Assembly (NCBI GenBank): GCA_963702005.1
Contig: OY969696.1
Coordinates: 2,408,172 to 2,472,171 of the forward strand
Reading direction: 5' to 3'
DNA: 64,000 bases
Source: Candidatus Aminicenantes bacterium
GTDB taxonomy: Bacteria; Acidobacteriota; Aminicenantia; Aminicenantales; JAFGBC01
Shown: positions 1 through 9,252 of the stretch, piece by piece
Layout: every line of letters begins with the position of its first letter
Position numbering within the stretch: the first letter of the stretch is position 1
The notes under the pieces: model-generated
The model's database searches: none
What the model was told of the DNA's origin: nothing
The model's input: only the letters and a program-made list of their open reading frames with translations
Made by a program: the position numbers and the translations under genes

Positions 1-663
1 CCGCCCAAGGTCGAGGGCGTCATCCGGGTCGTCGAAGTCGAGGGCTTCGACTGGTCGGCCTGCGGGGGAACCCACGTCGGACGGACGGGAGAGATCGGCC
101 TGATCAAAGTTACGGGCTGGGAGAGGATCCGGGGGAACCTCCGCTTCAGCTTCGTCTGCGGGGGGCGGGCTCTGGCCGAATTCCAGGTCCGGAACCGCAT
201 CGTCCGGGATCTGGTCGGCAGGTTCAACGTCCAGGTCGGAGACATCCCGGCTTCCATAGAGCGGCTCGGGGCGGAGGCCAAAGACGCCAAGAGACGGCTG
301 AAGAAGGTCGAGGAAACGCTGGCCCGCTACGAAGCCGGGGAACTCGTCGCGAAGGCCGAAGGCCGACTCATCAAGGCCGTTCTCGAGGAACGGAGTCCGG
401 AGGCCGCCCGCGCCCTGGCTCTCAGCGTCGTCAGGAAGGGAGATTTCATCGCCCTTATCGGAGCGAGGTCCGCCTCCCGCAGCTATCTGGTCATGGCCCG
501 CTCCGAATCGATCGGGATCGATCTTCGTCCGCTCGCCGCCCAGATCGCCCCGCTCATGAACGGGAAGGGCGGCGGAGGCCCCTCGCTCGTCGAGATCGCC
601 GGCGACCTCTCCGCGGACCTGAATGCCGTTCTTCTCGCCGCCGCCGCCAAACTTAAGCTCTAG
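1..663 (+). CDS. Partial CDS (N-terminus outside window): alanyl-tRNA synthetase C-terminal region or AlaX-L type trans-editing protein, with an editing-domain CGGTHV motif and a DHHA1-like GKGGGGPSLVEIAG segment.
   Basis: Frame 1 reads ...FDWSACGGTHVGRTGEIGLIKV... through ...MNGKGGGGPSLVEIAG... to a TAG stop at 661-663. These motifs are characteristic of the AlaRS editing and C-Ala domains. The window start truncates the N-terminus, so AlaS and AlaX cannot be distinguished. Confidence 0.6.
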   Translation, partial: PPKVEGVIRVVEVEGFDWSACGGTHVGRTGEIGLIKVTGWERIRGNLRFSFVCGGRALAEFQVRNRIVRDLVGRFNVQVGDIPASIERLGAEAKDAKRRLKKVEETLARYEAGELVAKAEGRLIKAVLEERSPEAARALALSVVRKGDFIALIGARSASRSYLVMARSESIGIDLRPLAAQIAPLMNGKGGGGPSLVEIAGDLSADLNAVLLAAAAKLKL

Positions 664-667
664 TCCG

Positions 668-780
668 GTTGACCCGTTCGCCGACGCCAAGCCCCGCCTT
701 TCAAGGCGGGGTTGAGAGCGAGGCTCAGGGTTAATCATGAACAAGCCCCGGCCTTCAGGCCGGGAAGTCGATGATTTGAC
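668..780. repeat. Copy 1 (113 bp) of an interspersed repeat family. It starts TGACCCGTTCGCCGACGC, carries two GC-rich hairpin modules (CCCCGCC-TTTCAA-GGCGGGG and CCCCGGCC-TTCA-GGCCGGG) and ends GTCGATGATTTGAC.
   Basis: Direct sequence similarity to 34594-34663 and 55588-55944 in the same termini and hairpin modules. It sits in a convergent intergenic region. Confidence 0.6.
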
Positions 781-1055
781 TATCAAGGCGATCATAGCTC
801 CCGCTCTTTTATGCGCGCTGCAGAATGAGGAAACGGACATCGTCAAATGGCTCGTGGCGAAAGGGGCCGAATCTCGCCGGCCTTTCCCGTTCTGCGGGGC
901 GATTATCTCGGTCAGAAGAAGCCGGGGATGAAGCCGGAACTGTTCGCTCCCGGAGATGTCGCCCGATCGAAAATATATTTTCTTCGTCAGCAACCGAGAC
1001 GGGAACGACGATATTTACTGGAGGGACACAAAAATCATAGATGAGCTCAGACCGA

Positions 1056-1541
1056 TCAGGTGATCGCGACGCGGACGAGCGTCGGGTTTAGGACACGGGC
1101 CAGGTCCGTCGGGTCAAGTCCGACCAGGAAGCCGCGCTTGCCGCCGTTGACGTAGATCGTCGGCAACTCCAAGATCGTCGCCTCGATATAAACCGGCAGC
1201 GCTTTCCGGAGACCGAACGGTGAAGTCCCTCCAACCATGTACCCGGAGTGTCTCTGGGCCGTCTCCGGCGCGCAAGGCTGAACCGTTTTAACGCCCAGGG
1301 TGCGGGCGAGCTCCTTGGTCGAGACCTCCCGGTCGCCGTGCATCAAGATGACAAAAGGCCGTTTGCCGTCATCTTCCATGACGAGCGTTTTGATGACGAC
1401 GTGCTCGTCCACGCCGAACTCCTCGGCAAAGATCGCCGTCCCGCCGTGCTCGACGTAGCGGTAAACATGCTCCGTAAAAAACACTCCGGCGTCCTTGAGG
1501 ACGCGAACCGCCGCCGTCGTTGGGGTTCTATTTTTGGTCAT
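1056..1541 (-). CDS. ybaK: Cys-tRNA(Pro)/Cys-tRNA(Cys) deacylase, YbaK/EbsC family.
   Basis: The 161-aa ORF has the YbaK-family pattern ...HGGTAIFAEEFGVDE...GGTSPFG... and a length typical of YbaK. Confidence 0.8.
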   Translation of the reverse strand: MTKNRTPTTAAVRVLKDAGVFFTEHVYRYVEHGGTAIFAEEFGVDEHVVIKTLVMEDDGKRPFVILMHGDREVSTKELARTLGVKTVQPCAPETAQRHSGYMVGGTSPFGLRKALPVYIEATILELPTIYVNGGKRGFLVGLDPTDLARVLNPTLVRVAIT

Positions 1542-1595
1542 GGCTTCGCTCCCTATAGGGAAGCCCTCTCAGAAGCTCAAGGAGCTGGGTCGACT

Positions 1596-2840
1596 TTATT
1601 CGTAGCGAAGGGAGACGATCGGGTCGAGCTTGGAGGCCTTCTGGGCCGGAAAGATCCCGAAGAACAGGCCGATCGAGATCGAGACGGCCAATCCCAGGAT
1701 CACGGACCAGGGGGAGACGGCCGCCGGAAGCGGGGTGGCGGCTTTAACGACCTGGGCGATCAGGAAGCCGAGCAGGACTCCGATCAACCCCCCCGACCCG
1801 GTCAGGACGATGGCCTCGATCAGGAACTGGCGCAGGATGTCGCCGGCTCGGGCGCCGATGGCCTTTCGGATCCCGATCTCGCGGGTCCGCTCCTTGACCG
1901 AGACGAGCATGATGTTCATGACCCCGATCCCTCCGACCAGGAGGCCGATCGAGGAGATGACGATCATGACCAGGTAGGCGGCCCCGGTGATCTGGTTATA
2001 GAGGTCGAGGATCGTGTCCATGGTGAAGACGGCGAAGTCGTTGGGCTTGTTGAAGGGGACCTTGCGCCGCTTACGGAGGAGGTTGGTTATTTCTTCGATC
2101 GTCTGGTCGATCGTCCCGTGGGTCCGGGGGATGGCCGCGATCTCGATGCTGTCTTTTTGGTAATCGAAATATTTGGTGAGCGCCGTGATCGGAATCGCCA
2201 CGAAATTGTCGCGGCTTTGGCCGAATATCTGGCCCCGCTTGGCGAGGACGCCGATGACCGTGAATTTCTGGGGGCCGACCCGGATCTCCTTGCCGACCGG
2301 GCTGGTGTGAGGGAAGAGGGTCTCGGCCGTCTCGAAACCGAGCAGGCAGGACAGGGTCGCGTGGGCGACTTCGGATTCGGTCAGGAAGCGGCCTTCCTTG
2401 GGGAGGTAGAGGGCGTAGACGATGGGGAACCTGTCGTTGATGCCCAGGATGATCGTGTTGTCGCTCTTGATATTCTCGTAGCGGACGGGGTTTTCGGCGA
2501 AGACGTTGGCCACGACGTTGACGGCGACGGCCTTGACCAGGGGGCATTCCCGCTCGATGGCCTGAACGTCCTCGTAGGTGATATCCTTTCGGGTCCGCTG
2601 CTCCTCGGTCTGGCGGCCCATCTGGAGGCCCTCATACTTGCGGATCAGGATCAGGTCGGAGCCGGCCGACTCGAGCTCGCGCAGGAAGGATTTGTTGAGG
2701 CCCTGGATGACCGAGACCATGCCGATGACGGTCATGACCCCGATCATGATCCCGAGCAGGGTCAGGAAGGAGCGGAGCTTGTTGACCTTGAGGGAGTCCA
2801 AGGCCATGGCAAAGACCTCTTTGATGATCCCGAGTCTCAT
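1596..2840 (-). CDS. ABC transporter permease, MacB/FtsX family, with an N-terminal TM helix, a large periplasmic domain and a C-terminal FtsX 3-TM bundle.
   Basis: The 414-aa ORF has the N-terminal LKVNKLRSFLTLLGIMIGV TM region and a C-terminal ...RTREIGIRKAIGA... FtsX core. It overlaps the upstream paralog by 4 nt. Confidence 0.8.
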   Translation of the reverse strand: MRLGIIKEVFAMALDSLKVNKLRSFLTLLGIMIGVMTVIGMVSVIQGLNKSFLRELESAGSDLILIRKYEGLQMGRQTEEQRTRKDITYEDVQAIERECPLVKAVAVNVVANVFAENPVRYENIKSDNTIILGINDRFPIVYALYLPKEGRFLTESEVAHATLSCLLGFETAETLFPHTSPVGKEIRVGPQKFTVIGVLAKRGQIFGQSRDNFVAIPITALTKYFDYQKDSIEIAAIPRTHGTIDQTIEEITNLLRKRRKVPFNKPNDFAVFTMDTILDLYNQITGAAYLVMIVISSIGLLVGGIGVMNIMLVSVKERTREIGIRKAIGARAGDILRQFLIEAIVLTGSGGLIGVLLGFLIAQVVKAATPLPAAVSPWSVILGLAVSISIGLFFGIFPAQKASKLDPIVSLRYE

Positions 2841-4072
2841 TGTTCGGACCTCAGCGCGTCGATGGGGTTGAGTTTGGCGGCCTTGTTGGCCGGGTAGAGC
2901 CCGAAGAACAGCCCGATCGAGGTCGACATCAGAATGGCGATCAGGATCGAGGCGGGCTCGGCCCGGGACGGCATCGAGGTCGCGGCCGTCACGATCTTGG
3001 AGATCCCGATCCCGAGCAGGATGCCGATGATTCCGCCCAGGGCGGCGATGAAGGACGACTCGATCAGGAACTGGCGGAGGATGTCCTTGCGGCGGGCGCC
3101 GACGGCCATCCGAATCCCGATCTCCTTGGTCCGCTCGGTCACGGCGACCAGCATGATGTTCATGATGACGATCCCGCCCACGATCAGGGCGATCGAGGAG
3201 ATGGCGATCATGGCGAAATAGATTCCCGAGGTCGCCGTCTTGTAGAACTGGATGAAGGTCTCGGAGGTCTGGAAGGAGAAATCATCCGGGTCGTTGAAGC
3301 GGCGCTTCCGCCAGGAGCGGAGGATGGTCCGGACCTCCTCCTGGGCCTGGGCCATCTCTGCCTGGGACCGGGTATGGATGTTGATGTTCAGGCTCCGGCC
3401 GCTCCCGTAAATCTTCTCGAAGGTCGTGATCGGGATTCGGACGTAGTTGTCCTGGCTGAACCCCAGGACCTTACCTTTCTTCTTACCCAGACCGACGACC
3501 AGAAGGTTCTGGTTCCCGACCTTGAGCCAGCGGCCGATCGGGTCGAGGCCGCCGAAGACCTTTTCCCGGACGTCGGCGCCGATGACGCACACCCCCCGGG
3601 AATGGGCCTCGTCCTCCTTCTGGATATGGCGGCCGGCTTCGAGCTCGATGACCGTTCCGATCAGGTGGTCGAGATGGGTGATCCCCCGGATCTCGGTGTC
3701 CTTGAGCGTCTCGTTCCCGTACTTGACGTTCTTCTGCGTCGAGACGCTGGCCCCGACCATCTCGCAGGATTGGCAGCGGTCGCGGATGACGTCCATTTCG
3801 GCGAGGGTCAGGTCTTTGCGTTTGAGCTGTTTCTTGAATTCCTCCAGCGAGGTCCCGATCATCGAGAACTTGGAGACCGAGAAGTCGTTGGCGCCGAAAA
3901 AGGACATCTTGGTGTAGACATAGTTGTTCAGCCCTTGGATGACCGAGACGACGGCGATGATGGTCAGGACGCCGATGATGATGCCGAGCAGGGTCAGGAA
4001 GCTCCGAAGCTTGCTGCCCCACAGGGAGCCGAGGGACATGGAGATGGATTCGTTGATGTTGATGCGGCCCAT
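2837..4072 (-). CDS. ABC transporter permease, MacB/FtsX family, a tandem paralog of the downstream gene.
   Basis: The 411-aa ORF has the same architecture (SLWGSKLRSFLTLLGIIIGV ... RTKEIGIRMAVGA). No ATPase gene is adjacent. Confidence 0.8.
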   Translation of the reverse strand: MGRININESISMSLGSLWGSKLRSFLTLLGIIIGVLTIIAVVSVIQGLNNYVYTKMSFFGANDFSVSKFSMIGTSLEEFKKQLKRKDLTLAEMDVIRDRCQSCEMVGASVSTQKNVKYGNETLKDTEIRGITHLDHLIGTVIELEAGRHIQKEDEAHSRGVCVIGADVREKVFGGLDPIGRWLKVGNQNLLVVGLGKKKGKVLGFSQDNYVRIPITTFEKIYGSGRSLNINIHTRSQAEMAQAQEEVRTILRSWRKRRFNDPDDFSFQTSETFIQFYKTATSGIYFAMIAISSIALIVGGIVIMNIMLVAVTERTKEIGIRMAVGARRKDILRQFLIESSFIAALGGIIGILLGIGISKIVTAATSMPSRAEPASILIAILMSTSIGLFFGLYPANKAAKLNPIDALRSEQ

Positions 4073-4210
4073 GGTCGAGTTTCCTATTTTACTTTATTTC
4101 ATACGGACCCGGCCTTAAAAGGTTTGCCCGGTCCTCCCGAGCTTGACTTGGCTCCGCGAAGTCGCCACAATGGACCCGAAGAGCGGATGATCCGTTTCCG
4201 AGGAGGAGGA

Positions 4211-4774
4211 ATGAGAAAGACGATCGGGGCTCTGCTCCTGACGGGCGTCCTGCTGGCGGCCCCGGCCGCGGCTTCGGCCCAAGCCGGCATCTACTTTGGC
4301 CTCCAGGGCGGGCTGTCCCTCCAGAAGCCGAGCCTGGAGGGCGTCGATTTCGGCACGGATACGACTTTCGTTTACGGGCTCAAGGCGGGGGTCAAGCTCT
4401 TGATGTTCGTCGTCGAGTTCCAGTATTTCCAAGCCGCCCACAACATCAGCCTCACGGATCCGACGGCCCTGGATTGGGACGGCCGGGCCGTCGAATACAC
4501 CCATCTCGGCCTCAATGTCAAATATCTCTTTTCCCTGATCGTGGTCAATCCCTATCTGAGCGTCGGATACGGGTACTATGGGGCCGATATCGAGACTATC
4601 GACAAAGATAGGGTCGGAGGGTTCAACTTAGGCGCCGGTGTCGAGATCATGCTCGGAAAGAAGTTCGCGGTCGTGGCCGAAGGCCGCTACCACCACGTCA
4701 AGTTCGATATCACGAACTTGGGCCTGAATGTCGGGGATTTCACCCTGACAGCCGGCATGAATTTCTATTTCTAG
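4211..4774 (+). CDS. Small outer-membrane beta-barrel protein (about 187 aa, OmpW/opacity-like 8-strand barrel).
   Basis: A strong SD (AGGAGGAGGA) sits just before the ATG at 4211. The protein has a signal peptide MRKTIGALLLTGVLLAAPAAASA, alternating hydrophobic beta-strand pattern and a C-terminal aromatic residue (…MNFYF). The long upstream part of the listed ORF 2840-4774 is antisense shadow of the permease. Confidence 0.65.
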   Translation: MRKTIGALLLTGVLLAAPAAASAQAGIYFGLQGGLSLQKPSLEGVDFGTDTTFVYGLKAGVKLLMFVVEFQYFQAAHNISLTDPTALDWDGRAVEYTHLGLNVKYLFSLIVVNPYLSVGYGYYGADIETIDKDRVGGFNLGAGVEIMLGKKFAVVAEGRYHHVKFDITNLGLNVGDFTLTAGMNFYF

Positions 4775-4806
4775 CCCCGATTGCCGGGCCCGTCTGCTCT
4801 GAACCT

Positions 4807-5532
4807 ATGACGATACGGCTCAATAAGTTTCTTTCCCAGGCCGGCGTCGCCTCCCGCCGGGAAGCCGACCGGATGATCCTCAACGGCGAGGTCCGGGTCG
4901 ACGGCCGAGTCGTCCAGGAGCTGGGGTCCAAGGTCGATGAGGACCGGACCCGGGTCGAGGTCAAAGGTCGGCCGGTCGTCCGTGAAGACCGCCTCGTTTA
5001 CCTCGCCTTCTACAAGCCCAAAGGCGTCCTGGTCACTTTCAAGGATCCCTTGGGCCGGCCGACCATCAAGAGCCTGCTGCCCCGGCTCCGCCAGCGCGTC
5101 TTCCCGGTTGGACGTCTCGATTTCGACAGCGAAGGGCTCCTCCTGCTGACCAACGACGGCGATCTCGCCCTCCGGCTCGCCCATCCCCGCTACGAAGTCA
5201 AGAAAAAATACGTCGCCGATATTGACGGTCTCCCCGGCCCGGACGCCCTCTACCGCCTGGAAACGGGGATCATGCTCGACGGAAAGAGGACCGCGCCGGC
5301 CAAGGCCAAGCTTATGGCCGGAACCGCCAGGCGGAGCCGGCTTCTCATCGAGGTCCACGAAGGCCGCAAGCATGAAGTCCGGGGGATGTGCGAGGCCATC
5401 GGCCACCGCGTTCGCGGTTTGAAGCGGATCGGCTTCGCGGGCCTCATGTTGGGAAGCCTCAAGCCCGGGCAGTGGCGATTTCTGGACGCCAAGGAAGTCG
5501 GAAAGCTCAAAGCGACGACCGGGACGGGCTGA
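4807..5532 (+). CDS. rRNA pseudouridine synthase, RsuA/RluB family (S4 domain plus catalytic domain).
   Basis: N-terminal S4 motif LNKFLSQAGVASRREADRMI is followed by the catalytic VGRLDFDSEGLLLLTNDG block. Confidence 0.8.
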   Translation: MTIRLNKFLSQAGVASRREADRMILNGEVRVDGRVVQELGSKVDEDRTRVEVKGRPVVREDRLVYLAFYKPKGVLVTFKDPLGRPTIKSLLPRLRQRVFPVGRLDFDSEGLLLLTNDGDLALRLAHPRYEVKKKYVADIDGLPGPDALYRLETGIMLDGKRTAPAKAKLMAGTARRSRLLIEVHEGRKHEVRGMCEAIGHRVRGLKRIGFAGLMLGSLKPGQWRFLDAKEVGKLKATTGTG

Positions 5533-5538
5533 GCGGGC

Positions 5539-8010
5539 TCAGGAATCCTTCTCGGGGCCGGGCGGAAACGGCTTCAGGCTCTGGGCCAGGCGCTGGAGCT
5601 CCTTTTCGACGAGGCCGTGGACGGTTCCCTCCCCGAAGCTCCCGTCCTCCCCCCTGGCTCCGGCCGCGACGCCGGTCAGGATCTCGATGCCCTCGTCGAC
5701 CGTCTTGACCGGATAGATGTGGAATTTCCCGCCGGCGACGGCCTCGACGACGTCGCTCCGGAGCTGGAGGTTGAGGATGTTCTGGTGGGGGATGATGACG
5801 CCCTGGCTCCCGGTCAATCCCTTGGCCCGGCAGACGTCGAAGAAGCCCTCGATCTTTTCGTTGACGCCGCCGATGGGCTGGATCTCGCCCTTCTGGTTCA
5901 AGGAGCCGGTGACGGCCGTGTCCTGCCGGATGGGGAGTCCGGACAGGCTGGAAAGGACGGCGTAGACTTCGGTCGAGGAGGCGCTGTCGCCGTCGACGCC
6001 CCCGTAGGACTGCTCGAAGGCGAGGCTGGCCGTGAGCGAAAAGGGCTGTTTCTGGGCGTATTGGCCGCGCAGGTAGCCGCCCAGGATGAGCACGCCTTTG
6101 TTGTGGGTCGGACCGCTGAGGTCCGCCTCCCGCTCGATGTTGACGACGCCGGCCCGGCCCACGGCCGTCCGGGCCGTGATCCGGGTCGGCTTGCCGAAGG
6201 CGAACTGGCCCATATCGTAGACGGAGAGCCCGTTGACCTGGCCGACGACCGAACCCTCGGTGTCGATGAGGATGGTCCCTTCCTCGATCATCTCCTGGAT
6301 TTTATCCTCGATCAGGCTGACCCGCTCGAACCGTTCGGAGATGGCCTGCTCGACGTCGAGCCGGCCGACGATGTCGTGGCCGGCCCGGCGGGCCCAGTAG
6401 GCGGCCTCCCGGATGACGTCGGAGATGACGTGAAAACGGGTCGAGACCTTTCCCTGGCGGCCGGCGATCCGCGTCCCGTACTCGATGACGGCCGCGATCC
6501 CCTCCCGGCTGAAAGGCCGGAGCCCGTCCATGTCGACGATCTTCTTGATGAACCGGACGTAGTCCGAGATGGATTTGGCGTCTTTGGGTATCTCCGAGTC
6601 GAACTCGGCCTTGATCTTGAAGATCTTCTTGAAGTCGTCGTCGAGGGCGTAGAGGAGGTTATAGATGGAGCTGTCGCCGATCATGACGACCTTGACGTCG
6701 ACCTTGACGGGCTCGGGCTTGAGGCGGGCCGATGAAAAGAGATACAGGGAAGCGAAGTTCTGGATCTCGAAAATCTGGTTGCGCATGGTCCGCTTGAGGG
6801 TCGCCCAGACGCCGGGCTCGACAAGAGCGTCGAGGGCGTTGAGGACGAGGTAGCCGCCGTTGGCCTTGAGGAAGGACCCGGCCTTGATCCGGGTGAAGTC
6901 GGTTTGGAGAAGGCCCATCCGGGTCGTGACGAATTCGATCGAGCCGAACAGGTTCGGATAGTTCGGGTTCGTCTCCATGATGACCGGGGCCGCCTTGAGC
7001 TCGGCGTTGTCGACGAGGAGGTTGACCCCGTACTCGAGGAAGCGCTCGGCGGCCGGCTCCCGTTCGGGCTCGTCCTTGTCCTTTTTCTGATTTTTGAACA
7101 GGTCGATGGCCCGGACCAGGTTGCCCTCGACGTCCGAGAGATAATCCCCGACCTTGGGGAAGGCGAACCGCGAGCGCAGCTCGCCTACGGCGCCCTTGAT
7201 GATGGGCGTGATCGATTCTTCGTCCCAGGACCGGAGCAGACGGCGAGTCTCCTCGTCCATCTCGCGGAGATCCTCGAAGACGTGCTCCATTTCCCCCGAC
7301 AAGTCTTCGTATTTCTTGTGGAGTTCATCCAGGTCCTTCTGGGCGAACTTTTTCTCCTTGACCAGGGCCTCAAGCTTGGGGAAGGGGACGGGCTCGTCGC
7401 CCAGGACGGGGACGAGCTCGGGCCGGCTGAAGAAGCCCATCTGGACCTGGATGAGCGTGAAGCCCTGCTGGGCGGCTTTGTCCTCGAAGGCCTTGAGGAG
7501 GTCCTTCTGTTTCCGCTGCTGGGTTTCGATGATCCGGTCCCGGCCTTCCGTATAATACTGGCTCTTGAGGAGTTGGGGGATATGCCTCCCGAGCATGGCG
7601 ATGAGGTTGCCCATCCCCTGGCGGAACAGACGCCCCTGACCGGCCGGCAGCATGATCAGGGTCGGCTCGTCGGGAGTTTTAAAGTTGTTGACGTAGAGGA
7701 TGTCGTCCGGGATGACGGACGTTTTTTCCAGCTGCTCGAGGAGCGACTTGATCGTCGTCGTCCGGCCCGTACCGATCATGCCGGTGATGAAGATATTGTA
7801 ACCCCGGCTCTTGATGTCCAAGCCGGTCTGGATGGCCTTGAGGGCCCGTTCCTGGCCGATGATCTCGTCGCAGGCCTTGACCTCTTCGCTCGTGGCGAAG
7901 GGGACGGCGTCCGGAGGGCAGGACCACCTGATCTGGTCGGGGCCGAGCTCTGGAAACCCAGTCTTGGCTGTCATGGACGGCTCCTTCGTTTGAGATGTCG
8001 CGGAACGCAT
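5539..8010 (-). CDS. Lon-like ATP-dependent protease: an AAA+ module with a large insertion plus a C-terminal Lon S16 proteolytic domain (LonC-type).
   Basis: Walker A motif ITGMIGTGRTTTIKSL. The C-terminal Lon protease domain reads ...GPTHNKGVLILGGY...TGSLNQKGEIQPIGGVNEKIEG... Confidence 0.7.
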   Translation of the reverse strand: MRSATSQTKEPSMTAKTGFPELGPDQIRWSCPPDAVPFATSEEVKACDEIIGQERALKAIQTGLDIKSRGYNIFITGMIGTGRTTTIKSLLEQLEKTSVIPDDILYVNNFKTPDEPTLIMLPAGQGRLFRQGMGNLIAMLGRHIPQLLKSQYYTEGRDRIIETQQRKQKDLLKAFEDKAAQQGFTLIQVQMGFFSRPELVPVLGDEPVPFPKLEALVKEKKFAQKDLDELHKKYEDLSGEMEHVFEDLREMDEETRRLLRSWDEESITPIIKGAVGELRSRFAFPKVGDYLSDVEGNLVRAIDLFKNQKKDKDEPEREPAAERFLEYGVNLLVDNAELKAAPVIMETNPNYPNLFGSIEFVTTRMGLLQTDFTRIKAGSFLKANGGYLVLNALDALVEPGVWATLKRTMRNQIFEIQNFASLYLFSSARLKPEPVKVDVKVVMIGDSSIYNLLYALDDDFKKIFKIKAEFDSEIPKDAKSISDYVRFIKKIVDMDGLRPFSREGIAAVIEYGTRIAGRQGKVSTRFHVISDVIREAAYWARRAGHDIVGRLDVEQAISERFERVSLIEDKIQEMIEEGTILIDTEGSVVGQVNGLSVYDMGQFAFGKPTRITARTAVGRAGVVNIEREADLSGPTHNKGVLILGGYLRGQYAQKQPFSLTASLAFEQSYGGVDGDSASSTEVYAVLSSLSGLPIRQDTAVTGSLNQKGEIQPIGGVNEKIEGFFDVCRAKGLTGSQGVIIPHQNILNLQLRSDVVEAVAGGKFHIYPVKTVDEGIEILTGVAAGARGEDGSFGEGTVHGLVEKELQRLAQSLKPFPPGPEKDS

Positions 8011-8118
8011 TTTATTTTACCATAAAAGCCTTCGGCGCCGTCGGCCCCGGCCTCGAAAATTTCGTGCAAATGGGGCCCCGTTCTGATAAAATGACCCTGA
8101 TTTTGGAGGGTATAAGGC

Positions 8119-9240
8119 ATGGCTAGGCTCGAGGTCGAGAAGGTTGTCGCCGGGAAAGACCTCAAGGCGTTCATCCGTTTCCCTTGGGAGATCTACCGGG
8201 GCGACCCCAACTGGGTTCCGCCGCTCATCGCGGACATGAAGGAGAGGCTCGACCCGGCCCGGAATCCCTTCCTCGAGCATGCCGAGATGGATATCTTCCT
8301 GGCCCGGCGCGACGGCCGCGTCGTGGGCCGGATCGCGGCCATTCTCGACAGGAACCACAACTCGTTCCACGACGAGAAAATCGCTTTCTTCGGCCTTTAC
8401 GAAAGCCTCAACGATCCGGAGGTCGCGGCCGCCCTCCTCGATACGGTCGGCGCCTGGGGGAAGGAGCGGGGGATGACGATCCTGCGCGGTCCGATGAACC
8501 TGTCCATGAACGACGAATGCGCCTTTCTCCTCGAGGGGTTCGATTCGCCGCCCGTCATCATGATGACCTACAATCCCCCCTACTACCTCGAGCTCATGGC
8601 CGGCGTCGGCCTGGTCAAGGCCAAGGACCTCTACGCCTTCGTCATGAGCCGCGACCACGAGACGGCAGGGAAGGTCGCGGCCGTCGTCGAAAGAGCCAAG
8701 AAGGAGTTTCCGGTCACGCTGCGGACGGTCGACCTCAAGAACGTCCGGGCCGAGGCCGATAAGATCGCTTTCATCTATAACAACGGCTGGCAGAAGAACT
8801 GGGGCTTCGTTCCCTGGACCGAGAACGAGATGAAGCACATGGTCGGCAAGCTCAAGAGCCTGGCAGACCCCGAGCTCGTCATTTTCGCCGAGATCGAGGG
8901 GAAGCCGGTCGGGTTCGCCTTCGCCCTGCCCAACTACAACGAAGTCCTCCGCAAGATGAACGGCCGTCTGTTTCCGGTCGGCTGGCTCGTCTTTCTCCTC
9001 AACCGAAAAAAAATCAAGGGTATGCGGGCCGTCGTCTTCGGCATCGTCAAGGAGCACCACCGTTCCGGGCTCAGCTACCTTCTTTATTCCGAGCTCGAGC
9101 GGAACGCCGTGCGGAGGGGCTACGCCTGGGGGGAGCTGTCCTGGCAGCTCGAGGACAACGACGCCATCAATCGTTTCGCGGCCTCGATCGGCGCGAAAAT
9201 CTATAAACGTTACAGGATCTTGCAAAGACTCATCCCCTGA
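8119..9240 (+). CDS. Uncharacterized GNAT-fold / FemAB-like acyltransferase family protein.
   Basis: The 373-aa ORF (FPWEIYRGDPNWVPPL...) starts 8 nt after the SD GGAGGG. The family assignment rests on a weak overall resemblance to roughly 370-aa GNAT-like proteins only. Confidence 0.4.
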   Translation: MARLEVEKVVAGKDLKAFIRFPWEIYRGDPNWVPPLIADMKERLDPARNPFLEHAEMDIFLARRDGRVVGRIAAILDRNHNSFHDEKIAFFGLYESLNDPEVAAALLDTVGAWGKERGMTILRGPMNLSMNDECAFLLEGFDSPPVIMMTYNPPYYLELMAGVGLVKAKDLYAFVMSRDHETAGKVAAVVERAKKEFPVTLRTVDLKNVRAEADKIAFIYNNGWQKNWGFVPWTENEMKHMVGKLKSLADPELVIFAEIEGKPVGFAFALPNYNEVLRKMNGRLFPVGWLVFLLNRKKIKGMRAVVFGIVKEHHRSGLSYLLYSELERNAVRRGYAWGELSWQLEDNDAINRFAASIGAKIYKRYRILQRLIP

Positions 9241-9252
9241 GGAGGGACGCGC

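Noticed and set aside
737..1044. Small ORFs 737-931, 825-1040, 847-1044 (+).
   Set aside because: They lie within or next to the repeat element in a convergent intergenic region. No RBS, composition driven by hairpin repeats, mutually overlapping frames.
1248..4200. Long + strand ORFs (1248-2897, 549 aa; 2840-4774 N-terminal part) rich in Asp/Gly/Arg/Glu low-complexity sequence.
   Set aside because: They lie antisense to the two MacB-type permease genes and are typical high-GC shadow ORFs with no domain-like sequence. Only the last 187 codons of 2840-4774 (from the ATG at 4211, with a strong SD) are real.
5617..8025. ORFs 5617-6735 + and 6904-8025 + (372 and 373 aa).
   Set aside because: Antisense shadow of the Lon-like protease gene, low-complexity D/E/G/L-rich translation.
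9241..9252. FMN riboswitch before ribH, or a T-box/L-box before lysS.
   Set aside because: There are only 12 nt between the GNAT-like gene and ribH, nusB overlaps lysS, and so there is no room for a structured leader.
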